64,000 nucleotides of DNA from Mobula hypostoma (taxonomy: Eukaryota), in contig NC_086097.1 in NCBI RefSeq assembly GCF_963921235.1, positions 65,536,001-65,600,000 of the forward strand. The letters are read 5' to 3'. The notes beneath the pieces are model-generated. The model searched no databases and was not told the DNA's origin. It worked only from the letters and a program-made list of their open reading frames with translations. Of the stretch, positions 26,250 through 39,225 are shown piece after piece. Both the position numbers and the translations under genes were made by a program. Within the stretch, counting starts at the first letter, position 1, and each line of letters starts with the position of its first letter.

Positions 26250-26307
26250 ACTTTAATGATTTCATAACAATTTTGAGGATCCTTTTTTGTCAAAAATTGA
26301 GAAGTAC
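26250..26307 (-). CDS. Candidate 58 nt exon (TSQFLTKKDPQNCYEIIK)
   Basis: Long polypyrimidine tract 'catttcattttttccacttttgag' (atypical GAG acceptor) and consensus donor gtgagt; phase 1 to 2. Confidence 0.33.
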
Positions 26308-26491
26308 CTCAAAAGTGGAAAAAATGAAATGTAAGCATTAAGCATGCTCGGGCTGAATGCATTGCTATCATGCTTCAAACAGATACCTAGCTCGTCATTT
26401 TCACAGTCTCATGTGATGCTAAAAAAGCAAATTAACATATTTCATGCTTTTCCTGTTTCAGGAAAATTAGAACAAGTAAACATTTCAATTA

Positions 26492-26716
26492 CACAAACAC
26501 GAGGAAATCTGCAGATGCTGGAAATTCAAGCAACACACTCAAAATGCTGGTGGAATGCAGCAGGCCAGACAGCATCCACAGGAAGAAGCAGTCAACATTT
26601 CGGGCCGAGACCCTTCATCAGGACTCAAGGGTCTCAGCCAGAAACGTCGACTGTGCTTCTTCCCATGGATGCTGTCTGGCCTGCTGCGTTCCACCAGCAT
26701 TTTGTGTGTGTTGCTC
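26492..26716. mobile_element. Palindromic PLE pLTR mini-insertion
   Basis: ~95 bp inverted arms. TSD AAA(C/T)ATTTCAATTA (26478-26491 / 26717-26730). Hammerhead core on the minus strand at ~26590-26626. Confidence 0.85.
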
Positions 26717-27073
26717 AAATATTTCAATTAAGTTGAAGTTCATTGTCATGGGCAAAGAGCATATAAATGCCATAAAAATGAGCTTTTTGCAGTAGCACTA
26801 CATTTCATGACACACAAGTAACAAACTTAAATTATACGCAACTTACATGACAGAATAAATAACATTACAAAATTACTACAAGTTGAGGAAATATAGTCCG
26901 AAGTAGAATTAGGGTTTCTCAAGTTGGTTTAAGAACCTGGTGGTAGTAGACAAGTTTGAGGTAGCGGTCTTCAGGCTCCCGTACTTTCTGTCTGATGGAA
27001 GCAATGAGAAGACAGCATGGCCCAGTTGGTGAGGGTCCTTGATGATGTCCTGAGATATCAATTCTTATGGATA

Positions 27074-27764
27074 CAAGCAACACACATCATCAAAGTTGCT
27101 GGTGAACGCAGCAAGCCAGGCAGCATCTCCAGGAAGAGGTATAGTCGACGTTTTGGGCCGAAACCCTTCGTCAGGACTAACTGAAGGACGAGCTACTAAG
27201 AGATTCGAAAGTGGGAGGGGGAGGGGGAAGATCCGAAATGATAGGAGAAGACAGGAGGGGGAGGGATGGAGCCAAGAGCTGGACAGTTGACTGGCAAAGG
27301 GGATATGAGAGGATCATGGGACAGGAGGCCCTGGGAGAAAGAAAAGCAGGAGGGGGAGCAAAAGCAAAACCCAGAGGATGGGCAAGGGGTATAGTCAGAG
27401 GGACAGAGGGAGAAAAAGGAGAGTGAGAAAAAGAATGTGTGTATAAAAATAAATAACGGATGGGGTACAAGGGAGAGGTGGGGCATCGGCGGAAGTTTGA
27501 GAAGTCAGTGTTCATGCCATCAGGTTGGAGCCTACCCAGACGGAATGTAAGGTGTTGTTCCTCCAACCTGAGTGTGGCTTCACCTTTACGGTAGAGGCCA
27601 GGGATAGACATATCAGAATGGGAATGGGATGCGGAATTAAAATGTGTGGCCACTGGGAGATCCTGCTAAATAAAATGTGTGGCCACTGGGAGATCCTGCT
27701 AATCAGGTTGGTAGCCTCCAACCTGATCAACACCTTATATTCCGTCTGGGTAGCCTCCAACCTG
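27074..27764 (-). mobile_element. PLE 3' portion with a scrambled 5' junction
   Basis: ORF 27177-27653 'ATHFNSASHSHSDMS...EEQHL.FRLG.LQPDGMN'; pLTR at 27074-27185. Confidence 0.88.
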
Positions 27765-28089
27765 GGCAGCTTGTCCACCAGTTCTGAGTGAATGCAGGGT
27801 TGCAAGAGATGTCATCTTCCAGATGAAATATTAAATTGAACTGTTTTCTCTGAGACTTCATGGAATTGTTTTCAAGGATTGTTACTCCCAGAGACTCTCC
27901 AACAGTTTTCCCCTCAGTAACACCTTAAAAAATTATCACATCATTGTTTGAGAGGCCAGTACACTTTTGATATTATTGGAATGCAAACACAAAAATCTTT
28001 TTTTTAATTGTGGCATGTGTGAAAACATACGAAGAGTATTCTATCAGTGTTCAAATTTACCTCTGTTACAAAGCAGGTTTAGACCAAAA

Positions 28090-31000
28090 GACCATAAGAT
28101 ATAGGAGTAGAATTAGGCCATTTCATCATGGCTGATTCAATTTTCATCTCGGCCCCAGTCTCCTGACTTCTTCATGTATCCCTTCATTCCCAGTTCATTT
28201 ACCAGTGCTTTATAAATTCTCAACATTACATCTTGCTTTTATATTCTAGTCCTCTTGAAATGAATGTTAACATCGTATTTCCCTTCCCTACCACAGACTC
28301 AACCTGCAAATTAACCTTTAGGGAATCCAGCACAAGGGCTCCCAAGTCCTTTTGTGCCTCAGTTTTTTGTATTTTCTCTCCATTTAGAAAATAGTCAACC
28401 CTTTCATTTCTTTTACCAAAGTGCATGATCATACACTTTCCAATGTATTCCATCTGCTATTTCTTTGCCCATTCTCCTAATCTGTCCGTCCTTCTGTAGC
28501 GCCTCTACTTCTTCAAGACTACCTGTCTCTACACCTATCTTCACACAGTCTGCAAACTTTGCAACAAAGCCATCAACTTCCATCATCCAAATCATTGACA
28601 TATAACGTAAAAAGGATCAGTCTCAACACAGACTCCTGTGGAACACTAATATTCAATTGGCAGCCAACCAGAAGCTCCCTTTATTCCCACACTTTGCCTC
28701 CTGCTAATCAACCACTGCTTTTATCCATGCTAGAATCTTTCCTGTTATACCATGGGCTCTTGTTAAGCGGCCACATGTATGGCACCTTGTCTTCTCCCAG
28801 AACCATTCCAGAATCTGGTGATTCTTGAAAGATCATTACTAATCAAGTCAAGTCACTTTTATTGTTATTTCAACCATAATTGCTGGTACAGTGCACAGTA
28901 AAAACAAGACAATGATCCTCCAGGACCATGGTGCTACATGAAACAAGAAAAAACTACACTAGACTACCTAAAACAACACAAACTACACTAGACTATGTTG
29001 AACAACACAAAACTACATTAGACTTCAGACCTACACCAGACTACATAAAGTGCACAAAACTGTACAAGACAGTACAATAATTAATAAACAATAGGCAATT
29101 CATGATTCCCGACAACTGGAACTTCTACCACACTGCCAGTGTCTTCCACAGTGAAGACTAATGCAAAATACTTATTCAGTTCATCAGCTATTTCCTTGTC
29201 CCTCATTCCTACTGTCATGTGTGAAGCCAAGCAGAGCTGCAGAACGGATGATGCTAATGAGAGAGATAACGAAAGACAATGGAGAAACATTCAAAATGCT
29301 AAAAAGAGAGAAGAGAGAGATTAACAAGAAAGAGACACAATTCAGATGTTGGCATCTGCCACAGACCATTTGCTTTGAACCTAAACTGTTTGAAGTTTGA
29401 TGGACGGGTGATACCCCATCAGGGGGATAAAAATAGCGGGTTTGCTAAGGCACGACACACACGCCACGAGACCCTGGAAAGAGCATTGTGCCCCACAAGT
29501 TGGTGGAAGTTTGGAGGACCAATTCGCAGGAATCGGTCAGAGGCTCACAGAGTGAAAAGGTACGATTGGTGGGAACCTGGTGTGTGTCTGCCCTTGCCTG
29601 GGTGCCGGGTTCACCACGGAAGAATGATCGCATCCGGAATGGAGGGGTCACAGTCGGTGACCACAGCTGGATCAGAAGGCATCGAAAGGTTTGCCTGAAA
29701 CCAACTGCATCTCTCTCTCTCTCTCTCCGCCCCCCCCCAACGGTACAACAACAGCGATTACTTCGAACTGCACTAGACTGAACTGAACTCTGCTTCACCT
29801 TAAGACTGATCATTTTACCCCTAGACTGCGATACAGCTTGGTTGATTCCTATTACCCTATTTCTGTGTATATGTGTATACTAGCATTGTTAACCTGTTAC
29901 ATTTATATCCTTGCGGTTAGTGTACTGTATTACTTATTTCTTTAATGAAACTTTATTAGTTCCTACTAATCACAGACTCCAACGAGCATTCCATTTCTGC
30001 TGGTTTGGCAACCCAGTTACGGGATACGTAACACTACCTCTCCAGGATCGTTTTCCAGTGATCCGATATCCACTCGACTCTCTTTTATACATCTGAAGAA
30101 ACTTTTGGCATCCTCTTTAATATTATTGGCAAGTTTATTTTCGTATTCCATGTTTACATTCTTGGTGACTTCTTTTAGTTGCATTCTGTTGGTATTTGAA
30201 AGCTTTCCCAATTCCCAAACTTCTCACTAATTTTTGCTCTATTATATGCCATCTCTTTTCTTTTGTGCTGGCTTTGACTTCTCTTGTCAGCCTTGGTTGC
30301 TTCATCTTTTCTTTAGAATACTTCCTCCTTTTTGGGATGTATACATCCTGTGCCTTCCGATTTGCTTCAAAGAAACTCCAGTTATTGCTGCTCTGCCATC
30401 ATCTCTGCCAGGGTTCTACGCCAATCAATTCTGGCCAACTTGTCTCTTATCGCTCTGTAATTCCCTTTACTCCACACTAATACTGATACATCTGACTTTC
30501 GTTTCTCCTTCGCAAAATTCAGAGCGTATTCGATCATATTATGATCACTTTCCCTGAAAGGTTCTTTTACCTTAAGCTATCTAATCAATTCTAGTTCATT
30601 GCACAACACCCAATACAGAATAGCCGATTCCCCTAGTGGGCTCAACTACGAGCTGCTCTAAAAAGCCATCTCATAGGCACTCTAGGAATTCCACCTGTTG
30701 GAACACAGCACCAACCTGATTTTCCCAATCTACCGGCAAATTGAAATCCCACATGACCATCGTAACATTGCCCTCTCAGCATGCATTCTCTTTATCCCAT
30801 TGCAATTTATAGACCACATCCTACTACTGTATGGAGGTCTGTATACAACTCCCATCAGGGTCTTTTTATCCTTGCAGTTCCTTAGCTCCATCTACAATAA
30901 TTCACCACCTTATGATCCTATGTCACCTCTTTCTAATGATTTGATTTCATCTTTTTTTTTAAAAAAAACAACAGAGCAACACCTCCCTCTCTGCCTTCCT

Positions 31001-32500
31001 GCCTGTCCTTTTGATACAATGTGTATTGCTGAACATCAAGCTCCCAGTTATAATCTTCTTTCTGGCATGATTCAGTGATGCCAACAACATCATACCTGCC
31101 AATCTGCAACTGTGCTACAAGTTCATCTTCCTTATTCCACATACTGCGCGCATTCAAATACACAGTCCTGTATTTAACCTTTACATTTTTGTCTGCCTTT
31201 TACATTGCAACTCATCCCACAAACAACAAATCTGCCCTATCAACAGCCTTTCTTCACTGCACATTGCCTGTTTGTAAACCAGTTACCTTGTCTTCAGCAC
31301 CATCATCCGCCTTTCCTACAATACTTCTTACAGTGAAATATACGCAGCTCAGGACACTAGTCGACCATGCTCAACCTTTTGATTCCCAACTGTGTCTCAG
31401 GTCTTACCAATACCTGCCTCAACAACCTCTCCAATAACTGCTCTGGCACTCTGGTTCCCATATCCCCCTGCAACTCTAGTTCAAACCCCACTGTGTATCA
31501 TCAACAAATCTTCCGACTAAGATGTTAGTTCCCCCTCCAGTTTTGGTGATAACCGTCCTACCGTCCTTCTGTATAGGTCCACCTTCCCTGAAACGGAGCC
31601 CAATGACCCAAAAATCTTATGCCTTCCCACCTACAACAACTCCTTAGCCATGTAGTAAATTGTATAATCTTCTTAGTTCTTTCCTCACTAGTGCATGGTA
31701 TTGGTAGTAATCCTGAGATCACAACGCTGGAGGTCGTGCCTTTCAACTTAACACTCAACTCCTTGAACTCTCTATGCAGAACCTTGTCACTCATCCTATC
31801 CATGTCTTTCGTACCTCAATGGACCACGACTTCTGGCTGTTCAACCCCCCTCCCCCCGCCCCCCCACCACTGAATGCGGCTGAGGTCTCTGTCTTGAGAT
31901 ATCCCAGACCCTGGCACCCAGGAGGCAACATACCATTCAGGAATGTCATTCCCATCCACAGAACCTCCTGTTTGTTCCCCAAACCAATGAATCCCCTATT
32001 ACTACAGTATGCCTCTTCTCCCCCTTCCCTTCTGAGTCACAGAGGCAGACTCAATGTCAAAGACCTGACCACCGTGACTTTCCTCTTATGTCATCTCCCC
32101 ACTGCCCCCCCAACAGCATCCAAAGTGATATACCTGTTGAGAGAGATGACCATAGGGGTACTCTGCACCGGCTCTTTAATCCCTTTCCCCTTCTTGACTG
32201 TTACCCAGTTTCCTGTGTCCTGCACCTTGGGGGTAATTACCTCTCTATATGTTCCATCTGTCACCCCTCAGCCTCCCAAATGATCCAGAGTTTATCCAAT
32301 TCCAGATTGAACTCCCTAACACGGATTGCTGGAAGCTGCAGTTGGATGCACTTCTCCAAGTTGTGGTCATCAGGGACTCTGGACATCTCCTTGCCCTCCC
32401 ACATCCTGCAAGGGCAGCATTCAACTATCTTGCCTGGTATTTCTACTGGCCAAGTAGAGCAGATATAAAGAAGAGAAGCAAAAAAAAATTAACCTAGAGC
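28090..32500 (-). mobile_element. Decayed CR1 LINE spanning ORF1 to the 3' tail, with internal deletions; hosts a solo LTR and a Rex 3' fragment (~28843-29097)
   Basis: KFAD RT motif (~28550), APE 'YLNARS..K.DEL....YDVVGITES', ORF1 esterase 'VVISGLLPIP', and the ORF1 N-terminal Cys/zipper region. Confidence 0.88.
29213..30033 (+). mobile_element. Solo LTR (821 bp)
   Basis: TGT...ACA termini with a 4 bp TSD CTAC. Interrupts a continuous CR1. TATA-like GGATAAAA at ~29425. Related to 38385-39225. Confidence 0.88.
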
Positions 32501-33399
32501 ATTTCTTTTGCTTTCTCTGTCTGAAGCCTCTCTTCACTGAAGCCTCGAAGAGTTAAAACCTCAAAATGACCACTCTGATTCCATCCACTCAGACAATGGC
32601 CACTGTGCTTGCCCCACCTTCCTTTAATTTGCTCTTGTTAATCAATTCCAAATGCTGATTGGTCACTGGTCAGAGCTATTTTTCATAAATTGCCGCGAAA
32701 CTCTGCCTTTAAAATCGTGATCGCCATCCTGATTAAAAAGTAGCTCTCTAATGCAATCCAATGCCATGGATGGTCCAATTTCAAGCTTTCAAAGCCACAA
32801 AATTTCAATCTTTCCACTAGGAGGTGTGGAAACAAGAAATAATACAATGGGATGAGCACTTCAATTGCAAAATTTACTAAAAATGTTAAATTAGGTAACT
32901 TTGCAAAATTTCAGTACAAAGAAACAGACTATTGTGAAAAAAATGTTCTAAACAGGTTAGCATTTATTATTCCACAAATAAATACTTAACTACTCTATTC
33001 CATGGATTTAAAAAAATAGGAAGATAAACTAGGATGTACATTGGCGCTAAAATGTGATTCATGAAATTGCATAAGGAAAAGTTACTTTCAAATTGACAGA
33101 ATTATAGTTACTCATTTCACATTAGAATTATTACTTTAAAAGGAGGAAAGTTTAATAAAAAAAGAAAACCAAATTGTCTATTGCAATCACAAGAACCAAC
33201 TGGACAAAATATATTCTACCACAGACATTACAGGAGCTTGCATTACTGGAAAAACAGTCTATATTCCAATTATCTGTAACACATTAGTTGTTGGGATTTG
33301 GGGGTCAGCCCTGGGTAAAATATGGATAATTACTGCTTGTCTGTAAGATGGTGCCCAATGTCTAAATGCAGACCGTGAAACTTATCGCCTTTTCTACTG

Positions 33400-34729
33400 A
33401 GGCAGCATTTCATCCTCTTTTGTGAGTTTGTGGATGACTCTAAAATTAGTGCGTGGTGGAAGTGAGAGTTTTCTGAGTTTGCCATGAGATGAAAACCAGC
33501 TTGGTAAGTGGGCCAAGGGATGGTAGGTGGAACTTAACTGGGGCAAGTGTGACATGGTAGATTTTGGAAAGTTAAACCAGTGCAGAACCAAGAGTAAATG
33601 ACAGGGACCAGGGGGAGTTGTAGAACAGAGAGACCAAGGGGTACAAGTAGAGAACTCCCTGAAAGTGGTGACATAGGTAGACAGGATAATGAAGAAGTAT
33701 GGATGGGTTCTCATGCTGTGTAAATCTGTGACTAAGTATAAAGGGTCCTGTCATTGTCTAGTTGTAAGCTGGTAGGTGTTCACGGATCTCCTTTCTCATA
33801 GATCTGAATGAGGCCAGCCTTCTCCAGGCTTGATGCTGTGGCTCAGGCCCTTCAGATGCTTCAGCACCTGGGTGGGTGGGTGCCACATTCAGGACCAGTG
33901 GTCTTTGGGGCCTCTGGACGTGGATGTGTTCTCCTACTATTCTCACAGACTCCGAGAGTGAAAGGTACAATGGATATTGTCTAGTTCCAGACTCAGGGCA
34001 GGGCTAAGTCAGTGTGTCTCTGGACAGACAGTATGACCAGGGTCCAGGCTCTGTAGATATACTTGGACCTCCTCCTGGGTCCCCCGGTCTCTGCGATTCT
34101 CTGCTTTCCACTGGTGCCTGAGTGACGGGCTGACACTCTTAGTCACATCTGCCAGGGTTGGACAATTCAACAACTGGCTCTCTCAGCTGCTCTGAGCTCC
34201 ACCCTCATGAGTGGATGATCCACACAGAGGCAGCCTGCAGGTCTCCCATGGTCCAATTAACAGGATGACTATTAGTTTGACAAGTAATGATAATGATCAG
34301 GGTAAACAAGTTGAGAGACATCGATAGAGGAAACAGCCAGCACCTTTTCCCCAAAGTGAAAATGGTAAATACGAGAGAACATGATGTTAAGGTAATTCGT
34401 GAATGTATACAGGGGAAAGTTAGAAGTAGCTCTTATTTATTTTATTTAGAAATACAACATGAAACAGGCCCTCCCAGCCCAATGGGCTGTGCCACCCAGC
34501 AACCCACCGGTTTGGCCCTGGCCTAGCCACAGGACAGTTTGCTGTGACAGATCAGCCTACTAACCGGTGCATCTTGCTCTGTGGGAAGAAACCCATGTGA
34601 TCACAGGAAGAATGGACAAACTCCTTGCAAAGAATGTTGGAATTGAACTCAGAACTCTAACATGATGAGCTTTAATAGTGGCACACTACCTGCTACACTA
34701 CCATTGTAACTGGTTTTTATATTTTATAT

Positions 34730-34766
<37 letters not shown>

Positions 34767-34960
34767 GAAAGTGTGTGGAATGAGCGGTGATAGAGGCAGA
34801 TCCATTAGGGACATTTAAGAAACTCATAGATAACCACATGGATGGAAGAACACTGGCCTATTAGGAGAGGAAAACTTGGACTGATCTTGTAGTAGGTGAA
34901 AAGTTTGGCACAACACAGTGGGCCAAAGGGCCTGTACAGTGCTGTACTCTTCCATGTTCG
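33400..34960 (+). mobile_element. Old CR1 3' fragments, interrupted by an unclassified GC-rich segment, a SINE-like insert (~34432-34710, minus) and (CA)n
   Basis: 'gagaccaaggggtacaagt...ctccctgaaagtgg' and 'ggacatttaagaaactcatagataaccacatgg' are CR1 ORF2 end remnants. Confidence 0.6.
34734..34763 (+). repeat. (CA)n microsatellite
   Basis: Perfect CA run. Confidence 0.95.
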
Positions 34961-35536
34961 GATCTCACAAAAGCCACATCATCAGCATATGCATCATATT
35001 ATTTCCTTCATATCCCCTCCCCCCACAAATTCTCTGAAATAATTTTATACTGTATTTCTAGTTTCTGGGTAACAATTTACAAATTTTACTAGAGTTAAAT
35101 TCCATAATGCCAAATTCTAAATGGCCATAATGCAGGGGTTATCTGTAAAATTTATGCAAGTACAGGTCCTCCCCAGGTTATGTCAGGGTTCCAATCTGAA
35201 CTACTCCCACGTTAAAAATGTGTCTGCAAATCAAGTTCCCAGGCAGACAACTGAAGACCCACAGCACACAGCAAATTCATCCCACTCGTCTCCTGAACAC
35301 ATGTGCGTGGATGTCTAGGTATGCATGTGGCATTGGTAATCTGGCGACCACTAGATGAGTACTACTGAAGACAAATAGGAAAAGAATTTCATGCTGAACA
35401 AAACAATGCAATGCCTCAGATTAATCATTCAAGCATTATGATTCACAAACAGCCGTCACCAAACAAACACCTGCCCTTCAGTATTAACCCTTGGGTATAG
35501 TTGCTCCAAGGTTTCGCTAAAAGGCTGACACTTTAA

Positions 35537-37810
35537 TAGAAACGTAGAAAACCTACAGCACAAGACAGGCCCTTTGGCCCACAATGCCGTGCCGAACATG
35601 TAGAAGAAGAAAGCGAAAGCCCTCAACTGCGAGTGGAGTCATTGGGACACTGTTCATGACTTTTTTTTTTAAGCAGGCTCTCTTATTTTTAAATTTAAAA
35701 AACGAATTGCTAGCTTGATGCTTAACCCAGCACGTATGGAAAGCGTGCAAGGGAGCCAACTGGATTCAAACTCAGGAGCCTTTGCTCCAAAGTCCGGCGT
35801 TGATGCCACTACGCCACCAGCCGGCTGTCAAACATGTACTTACTTTAGAAATTACCTAGGGTTACTCATAGCCCATGTACCTATCAAGGAGTCTCTTAAA
35901 AGTCACTATTGTATCCACTACCACCACCATCGCTGGCAGCCCATTCTACACACTCGCCACTCTCTGCGTAATAAACTTACACCTGACATCTCCTCTGTAT
36001 CTATTTCCGAGCACCTTAAAACTGTGCCCTCTCGTGCTAGCCATTTCAGCCCTGGGAAAAAGCTTCTGACTGTCCGCACGATCAATGCCTCTCATCATCT
36101 TATACACCTCCATCAGGTCACCTTTCATCCTCTGCCGCTCCAAGGACAAAAGGCAGAGTACACTCAACCTATTCTCATAAGACATGCTCCCCAATCCAGG
36201 CAACATCCTTGTAAATCTTCTCTACACCCTTCTATTGTTTCCACATCCTTCCTGTAGTGAGGTGATCAGAACGGTGCACAGTACAACACGTGGGGTCTGA
36301 CCAGGGTTCTACATAGCTGTAACATTACCTCTCGGCTCCTAAACTCAATCTCATGGTTGATGAAGGCTAATGCACCATATGCCTTCTTAACCAGAGTCTT
36401 TGAGTGTCCTATGGACTCGGACCCCAAGATCTCTCTGATCCTCCACAATGCCAAGAGTCTTACCATTAATACTATATTCTGCCATCATATTTGACCTACC
36501 AAAATGAACCACTTCACACTTATCTGGGTTGAACTCCATCTGCCATTTCTCAGCCCAGTTTTGTATCCTATCGATGTCCCGATGTAACCTCTGACAGCCT
36601 TCCATACTATCCACAACACCCCCAACCTTTGTGTCATCAGCAAATTTACTAACCCATCCCTCCACTTCCTCATCCAGGTCATTTATAAAAATCGCAAAGA
36701 GAAGGGGTCCCAGAACAGATCCCTGAGGCACACCACTGGTCACTGACCTCCATGCAGAATATGAGCCATCTACAACCACTCTTTGCCTTCTGTTGGCGAG
36801 CCAGTTCTGGATCCACAAAGCAAGGTCCCCTTGGATCCCATGCCTCCTTACTTTCTCAATAAGCCTTGCATGGGGTTCCTTATCAAATGCTTTGCTGAAA
36901 TCCAATACATCTACTGCTCTACCTCCAATGTGTTCAGTCACATCCTCAAAAAATTCAACCAGGCTTGTAAGGCACGAGCTGCCTTTGACAAAGCCAAGCT
37001 GACTATTCCTAATCATATTATGCCTCTCCAAATGTTCATAAATCCTGCCTCTCAGGATCTTTTCCATCAACTAACCAACCACTGAAGTAAGACTCACCGG
37101 TCTATAATCTGCTGTGCTATCTCTACTCCCTCTCTTGAATAACATCTGCAACCCCCTAATTCTCTGGAACCTCTCCCGTTCCCAATGATGATGCAAAGAT
37201 CATTGCCAGAGGCTCAGCAATCTTCTTCCTCGTCTCCCACAGTAGCCTGGGGTACATCTCATCTGGTCCCAGAGACTTATCCAATTTGATGCTTTCCAAA
37301 AGTTCCAGCACATCCTCTTTCTTAATGTCTATATGTTCAAGCTTTCCAGTCTGCTTGCAATTGCCAATGTCCCTTTCCGTTGTGAATAGTGAAGCAAAGT
37401 ATTCACTAAGTACCTCTGCTATCTCCTCCAGTTCCATACACACTTTTCCCCATTGTCACACTTGATTGGTCCTATTCTCACATATCTTGTCCTTTTGCTC
37501 TTCACATATTTGTAGAATGCCTTGGGAATTTCCTCAATCCTTCTCATGGCCCCTTCTGGCTCTCCCAATTTCATTCGTAAGCTCCTTCCTGCTAGCTTTA
37601 TAATCTTCTAGATCTCTATCATTACCTACTTTTTTGAACCTTTCGTAAGCTTTTCTTTTCTTCTTAGATTTTCAACAGCCTTTGTACACCATGGTTCTTG
37701 TACCCTACGAACCTTTCCGTCTCATTCGAACATACCTATGCCACACAAATATCCCCTGAACATTTGCCCCCACATTTCTGCCGTAAATTTCCCTGAGAAC
37801 ATCTCTTCCC
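35537..37810 (-). mobile_element. CR1 LINE, 5'-truncated, RT largely readable
   Basis: ORF 36387-37070 has LDFSKAFD, SGVPQGSVLGPLLF, KFADDTK and WQMEFNPDKC. Confidence 0.93.
35603..35830 (-). mobile_element. tRNA-derived SINE nested in the CR1 3' UTR
   Basis: Minus strand has A box TGGCGTAGTGG, B-box-like GTTTGAATCC and a (TTC)n tail. 8 bp TSD AACATGTA (35595-35602 / 35831-35838). Confidence 0.8.
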
Positions 37811-37980
37811 GCTTTAACTTTTCCATTTTCAGAAAAAAGACCAATTATTGTAATACTAGCCTGATATTGTAGGAGTAGACATTAAATATAAAATTCTATT
37901 ATTTTGAAGCTAATTCTATTTGAAACAAATCTAAATCTACACAAAACTAAATTACGATATACACAAATATGATTTGATTC

Positions 37981-38178
37981 TTCTTGTTGTTCCTTTTCCC
38001 ACCTTGTGGTACATCAGCAGTATTTTTGCCATTTCCATCGCATTTGACTTTTAAAAAAAATCAAAGCCTAGTTGCTAGCTCGACACTCAACCCAACACAG
38101 ATGGAAAGCGTGCGGATTTGAACTTGGGTCCATTCGCCTCGAAGTCCAGAGCTGATGTCACAACACCACCGGTCAGCA
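37981..38178 (-). mobile_element. Related tRNA-derived SINE
   Basis: Shares head and body ('ttgctagct.ga..ct.aaccca.cac..atggaaagcgtgc') with 35603-35830 but has a different 3' end. Confidence 0.7.
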
Positions 38179-38384
38179 TCATTTTATTCTACTGAATGCA
38201 GTTGGGTAGAAAAATATGTCAGTGTGACATCAAATTTTATTCTAGCATTACAGTATCTGACACCTTTGCGGCTCTGCTTCTTAGACACAAATAGTCCTTT
38301 TTATATCATCCATTTTTAATTTTTAACACTAGTTTTCAATTCCCCAACTATGTCACATCTGCATGTCTAAAATTAAAAAAACAT

Positions 38385-39225
38385 TTTCATGTGTGACGAA
38401 AGACCAAGTTATTAGAAGATTGATGCTGATGAGAGAGATAAGAGGGACAAAGAGAGAAGCGTTCAAAATGTTAATGAGAGAGAAGAGAGAGTAACGAAAA
38501 GAGACACAGTTCCGAGTACTGACAGACCGGTTGCTTTGAACCTGAACTGTTTGAAGTTTGATGGACAGGCGATACCCCAGCAGGGGGATAAAAGGAACAG
38601 GTTCGCTAAGGCACGACAGACACTACGAGATCACGAGATAACAAGACCCTGGAAGTGCGGTGTGCCCCCACAAGTTGGTGAGAGTTTGGAGGTCTGGTCG
38701 CGGGACCAACCATAGACGCACAGGGTGAAAAGGTATAATCGGTGGGAACCTGGTGTGTGTGTCTGCCCTTGCCTGGGTGCCGGGTTCACCGCGGAAGAAC
38801 GATCGTATCTGGAACAGAGGGGTCACAGTCGGTGACCACAGAAGACATTAAAAAGGGCTTGCCCGAAAGCTAACTGCGAGGAACATCAAAGGTCTGTTTG
38901 AATCGAGAATTTGCATATTCACTCTCTCTCTCTCGAACGGCACAACAGCAATTACTGCGAACTGTACTCAGCTGAACTGAACTCTGCGTCATTTGACACT
39001 GATCATTTTATCCCTAGACTGCGATAGAGCTTGATTGATTCCTATTATCCTAGTTCTGTGTACATGTGTGTTTTATCATTGCTAACCCGTTGCATTTATA
39101 TCCTTACGATTAGAGTACTGTGTTACTTATTTCTTTAATAAAACTTTCTTAGTTCCAGTAATCCAGACTCCAACTAAGTGGTCCATTTCTGCTGGTTTGG
39201 CAACCCGGTTACGGGGTATGTAACA
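38385..39225 (+). mobile_element. Solo LTR, same family as 29213-30033
   Basis: Colinear with the first LTR; ends GTAACA and has AATAAA at ~39137. The left TG is mutated and the TSD is imperfect. Confidence 0.85.

Noticed and set aside
35750..35826. tRNA gene
   Set aside because: tRNA-like head of a SINE with body, tail and TSD; no convincing cloverleaf.
29213..39225. A single 10 kb LTR retrotransposon or provirus
   Set aside because: The first LTR has its own TSD and splits a CR1, and there is no gag/pol between the two LTRs.
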